This document shows, in pieces, positions 61,133 through 64,000 of a DNA stretch of 64,000 nucleotides (within the stretch, counting starts at the first letter, position 1; each line of letters begins with the position of its first letter). Source of the DNA: Cirrosporium novae-zelandiae (Eukaryota); contig JAPETS010000017.1 in assembly GCA_026023565.1 (NCBI GenBank), positions 372,001-436,000 on the forward strand, given 5' to 3'. The notes below the pieces were generated by a model. It made no database searches. It was not told the origin of the DNA and worked only from the letters and a program-made list of their open reading frames with translations. The translations under genes were made by a program, and so were the position numbers.

Positions 61133-64000
61133 CTAATCCACCATGATAACATCATGATGCTCGCTGCTTCTGTCTTCACGACCATCTTCATGGTCACGGT
61201 GCTCATTTTCTTCGCCCTCTTCCACTTCATCTCCAGTGGCATCTCCCTGCTCCTGCTCCTCTCTATCTTCCCTTTCTTCAGTTTCGGCACCTCCTCCTTC
61301 CCCTCCCCTCCCATCATCGGGGTTGCTACCTTTTCCTCTGCCACTCACATTCCGTCGTCTTGAACTGGAGTACTTCAATAAATTTGGAAATTGTATTTTC
61401 GACTTAGGCATATCCTCCTGGTCCTCGGTTTCATCTTCATCGTCCTCCTGATGAGTCCCTTGCCTGTCATCGTGATCAGAAGAAGAGCTTAAATCGCTTA
61501 GGTCGCTGCTTCCACTTTCATCATCTGCGTCATCATGGACACTTCCGGGGACGTTTGGTGTGTTGGCTCCCCCAGAGGTGGCGACGATGTTAGAATGGTT
61601 GGTAGATGAAGATACGGGGATAACGACACTTTGGAGCTGTTGGGTGTGATGAGTAGGTAGAGAAGTAGAAGCTGAGGCTGCATGTTCTGTGGAAACCTTG
61701 GAGGTACTGGTAGTAGGTTGGATGGGAGGCGGTTTATTGAATACAAGTGCTTCTGCTTTCCGAATGTAAGATTTCCGGCCCATGTTAGGACGCCGCGGTT
61801 TTGCGGTTGTCTGTGGATGAGATTGACCTTCTACTAGATGGTCGGGATGGTCTGCATGCCATGCAGATGACGAAGATGGGCCACCAGAAGGATATATGAG
61901 CTGGCCACCATGCTGATCATTTTCAGTTGGGGTGTTATGACCTGAAGATTGAGCCGTCCCTCCGCCATCACGACCTTCAACCCATTGCAAGTTTCGTGCC
62001 GGAGTGAGCTCTGGGGCCTTGGTTGCGTAGAGCGTGCCAAATATGTCAATGATCAGGTCTTCGATTTGGTCGGGGGGCATGAGGTTGTTATTCAGCTTCT
62101 TAAGCTCTACAACGTCACGAAGAATGTCAAGGAGAGGATGGGACGTTGTTTGCTGGTGTGCCCAGGTCTCCAAAGCCGCAGAGTTGGTTGCAAATTCCCA
62201 CGGGTTGATGACAGAGGAAGTAAAGTAGTTCTCGCCATTGGGACGGCAATGACTTACGTACCGAAGAAGTTTGAGATTGGCATCCAGAACCTCTCGCCAG
62301 ATCTTGTCGAAATCCATAAAGTCGGTGCTTTTCTTTCGGACGCGCTTGGCAAGGGCGTCAAGACCGTTGCGATCAGTGAGCTTGTAGAGTAATTGGGTGA
62401 AAAAGAGAACGTAACGACCGGTGTAAACAAAATGACGACCTGGCCTTTCATGCTCAGGTTTCCAAACCTGGCAGGTCATGGTTTTAGTGAAAATCTGTTG
62501 CGTAAATTCATGTTTTGCACCCATTGCTGCGGTAACGTTTTGGGAGTCGTCGTAAATCACATGTGCGGCTCGAGCAATCATTCGATGGTGCCAGTTGGCC
62601 TTATCAGCGGTTCTCAAATATTTGAGTATGTTCAGCATGTAGTTCTCCCAGTTATCGTCATCCTTGCATTGTGAAACCTTTCTCGCGTAGGGGGTTGCTT
62701 GGAGGATCTCACTCCCTGCTGCGGCCGTTATCTCTCCACGGTGAACAAGCTTGTGGACGACTGAAACTAGTTTGAAATGTGGCTCAAGGATTGGATCTTG
62801 CCTACTATCGCGTTTCTTTGGGAGTGCTTCAATAGCCCCGACAAATTCATCGATAGCGTCACGATAGCTAATCCTTGGGTTGTTTTGGCGCACATCACCA
62901 TCACAACTATACATTTTCCACAAGCATTTCCCCAGCATATAATGAGCCATCCAACGCCTGGGCGTGTCAATCAATGATTTCTGAAGCAGGACACTAGCAA
63001 ACTTCCAGGCTCCATAAAGTTTCAGATTTGGAAACGGCTGCTGTTTATAAATACCACCACCAAGGTGATTGCTACAGAATCTCTTGACATCCTGAAGACT
63101 GAATGCCTCCATTGAAAATGGCTCTCTTGAAGCAGCATAAACCCGGCAACCAAAATGGTAGAAGAGATCTGACATCTCGTTGGCTTGTTCTGGAGTTGGT
63201 TCCGGCGACCTCATTATAATTGCTAGAGCCATAGTGTAACTTTTAATTGTAATGCGTTGGTTCTGTACCAAGACCCCATGCTGATAGCCATTGATCTTAT
63301 CCGCGTTCCATGTGACATCTTCATCAACCTTGGCATCAAATACCTGCCCGTAACGATACCAGGCATTCCAGTTATCTGTATCATGCTCCAGGGCATGAAA
63401 TAAATATGTGCGGGCAAGGTCAAGGTCATCTGTCAAACCGGCCATTGTCCGTTTTTGTGATTGAAATTTTATGAGATGCATCTGGCCTAGCATGTAGTAC
63501 CATCCTCTTTTAGCAATGTATGCGCTATCACCACGGACAGGCGCCGTAGAAAGCTCACCAATACCACTGAGTGCTCTGTAGAGATCGAATGGGTTGATAG
63601 GTGCTTTGAGATAAGCGTTGATAATTCTTCTGTTGAAGGAGTGGCCGCTAGGTGTTTTTGGTAGTCCTAACGCTTCTGACATTTTATCAATCGTCGTCTT
63701 CAATTCTGTCTTCAACACATCTTTCAAACTCATATTCTGTCCATTCGTTATATACTTCACGCAAACCATAACTTGTTCTATCAAATTCATGGCTGTTGGC
63801 CTGTCAAGAGCCACAGACTCACATCCATGATCTCTGATGTCTGTTGGTTGAAAGCAGATTTTAATACCATGTAGGTCAAACAATACCTGCGAAAGCGGTA
63901 GATCAGGAGGATGTCCTTCTTCGTTGGGATTTTCAATCACACGTTGATCCACGAAGCGCATGAGTTCTCCTTTGGAAACTTTGAGGAAGACTTTTTCTGC
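61133..64000 (-). CDS. HIR3: Histone transcription regulator 3 (HIR complex, Cabin1-like); 5' part lies outside the window
   Basis: ILEPHFKLVS.VHKLV, DKANWHHRM.ARAA, QQIFTKTM..QVWKPE.ERPGRHFVYT, ELKKLN; acidic C-terminus; frame open to the window edge. Confidence 0.9.
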   Translation of the reverse strand, partial: AEKVFLKVSKGELMRFVDQRVIENPNEEGHPPDLPLSQVLFDLHGIKICFQPTDIRDHGCESVALDRPTAMNLIEQVMVCVKYITNGQNMSLKDVLKTELKTTIDKMSEALGLPKTPSGHSFNRRIINAYLKAPINPFDLYRALSGIGELSTAPVRGDSAYIAKRGWYYMLGQMHLIKFQSQKRTMAGLTDDLDLARTYLFHALEHDTDNWNAWYRYGQVFDAKVDEDVTWNADKINGYQHGVLVQNQRITIKSYTMALAIIMRSPEPTPEQANEMSDLFYHFGCRVYAASREPFSMEAFSLQDVKRFCSNHLGGGIYKQQPFPNLKLYGAWKFASVLLQKSLIDTPRRWMAHYMLGKCLWKMYSCDGDVRQNNPRISYRDAIDEFVGAIEALPKKRDSRQDPILEPHFKLVSVVHKLVHRGEITAAAGSEILQATPYARKVSQCKDDDNWENYMLNILKYLRTADKANWHHRMIARAAHVIYDDSQNVTAAMGAKHEFTQQIFTKTMTCQVWKPEHERPGRHFVYTGRYVLFFTQLLYKLTDRNGLDALAKRVRKKSTDFMDFDKIWREVLDANLKLLRYVSHCRPNGENYFTSSVINPWEFATNSAALETWAHQQTTSHPLLDILRDVVELKKLNNNLMPPDQIEDLIIDIFGTLYATKAPELTPARNLQWVEGRDGGGTAQSSGHNTPTENDQHGGQLIYPSGGPSSSSAWHADHPDHLVEGQSHPQTTAKPRRPNMGRKSYIRKAEALVFNKPPPIQPTTSTSKVSTEHAASASTSLPTHHTQQLQSVVIPVSSSTNHSNIVATSGGANTPNVPGSVHDDADDESGSSDLSDLSSSSDHDDRQGTHQEDDEDETEDQEDMPKSKIQFPNLLKYSSSRRRNVSGRGKGSNPDDGRGGEGGGAETEEREDREEQEQGDATGDEVEEGEENEHRDHEDGREDRSSEHHDVIMVD

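Noticed and set aside
3008..64000. H3-like gene, MCM2, UBR7 and HIR3 as a histone-chaperone cluster
   Set aside because: Spread over 60 kb with many unrelated genes between; probably coincidental without synteny data

Overview
Gene-dense window from a filamentous ascomycete (Pezizomycotina-type GT-AG introns with CTRAY branch points); the species cannot be assigned from sequence alone. About 23 protein-coding genes were reconstructed by manual splicing. Recognisable genes: trpC/TRP1, MCM2, UBR7/Mlo2, GH27 alpha-galactosidase, GH31 alpha-xylosidase, a ZIP7/Yke4 zinc transporter, NOP16, the SR protein Srp2, ETF-QO, HIR3, a Pex11-family gene, an arylsulfotransferase, and CFEM and But2 secreted proteins. 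Three things stand out. (1) A spliced, highly divergent histone H3-fold gene (3008-3876, minus), almost entirely missed by the ORF track, with a lysine-free N-tail and an acidic C-tail. (2) A compact 12.1-21.4 kb block: IDO, kynurenine formamidase and a Zn2Cys6 regulator, followed by an endosulfine (Igo1/ENSA) gene also absent from the ORF track, a divergent Snu13/L7Ae copy and an extended SDR, with a 99-bp direct repeat around the endosulfine. (3) An intronless secreted beta-helix protein resembling prokaryotic adhesin-like proteins. No rRNA, tRNA, CRISPR array or intact transposon was seen. Family assignments are from motif recognition, not database searches.
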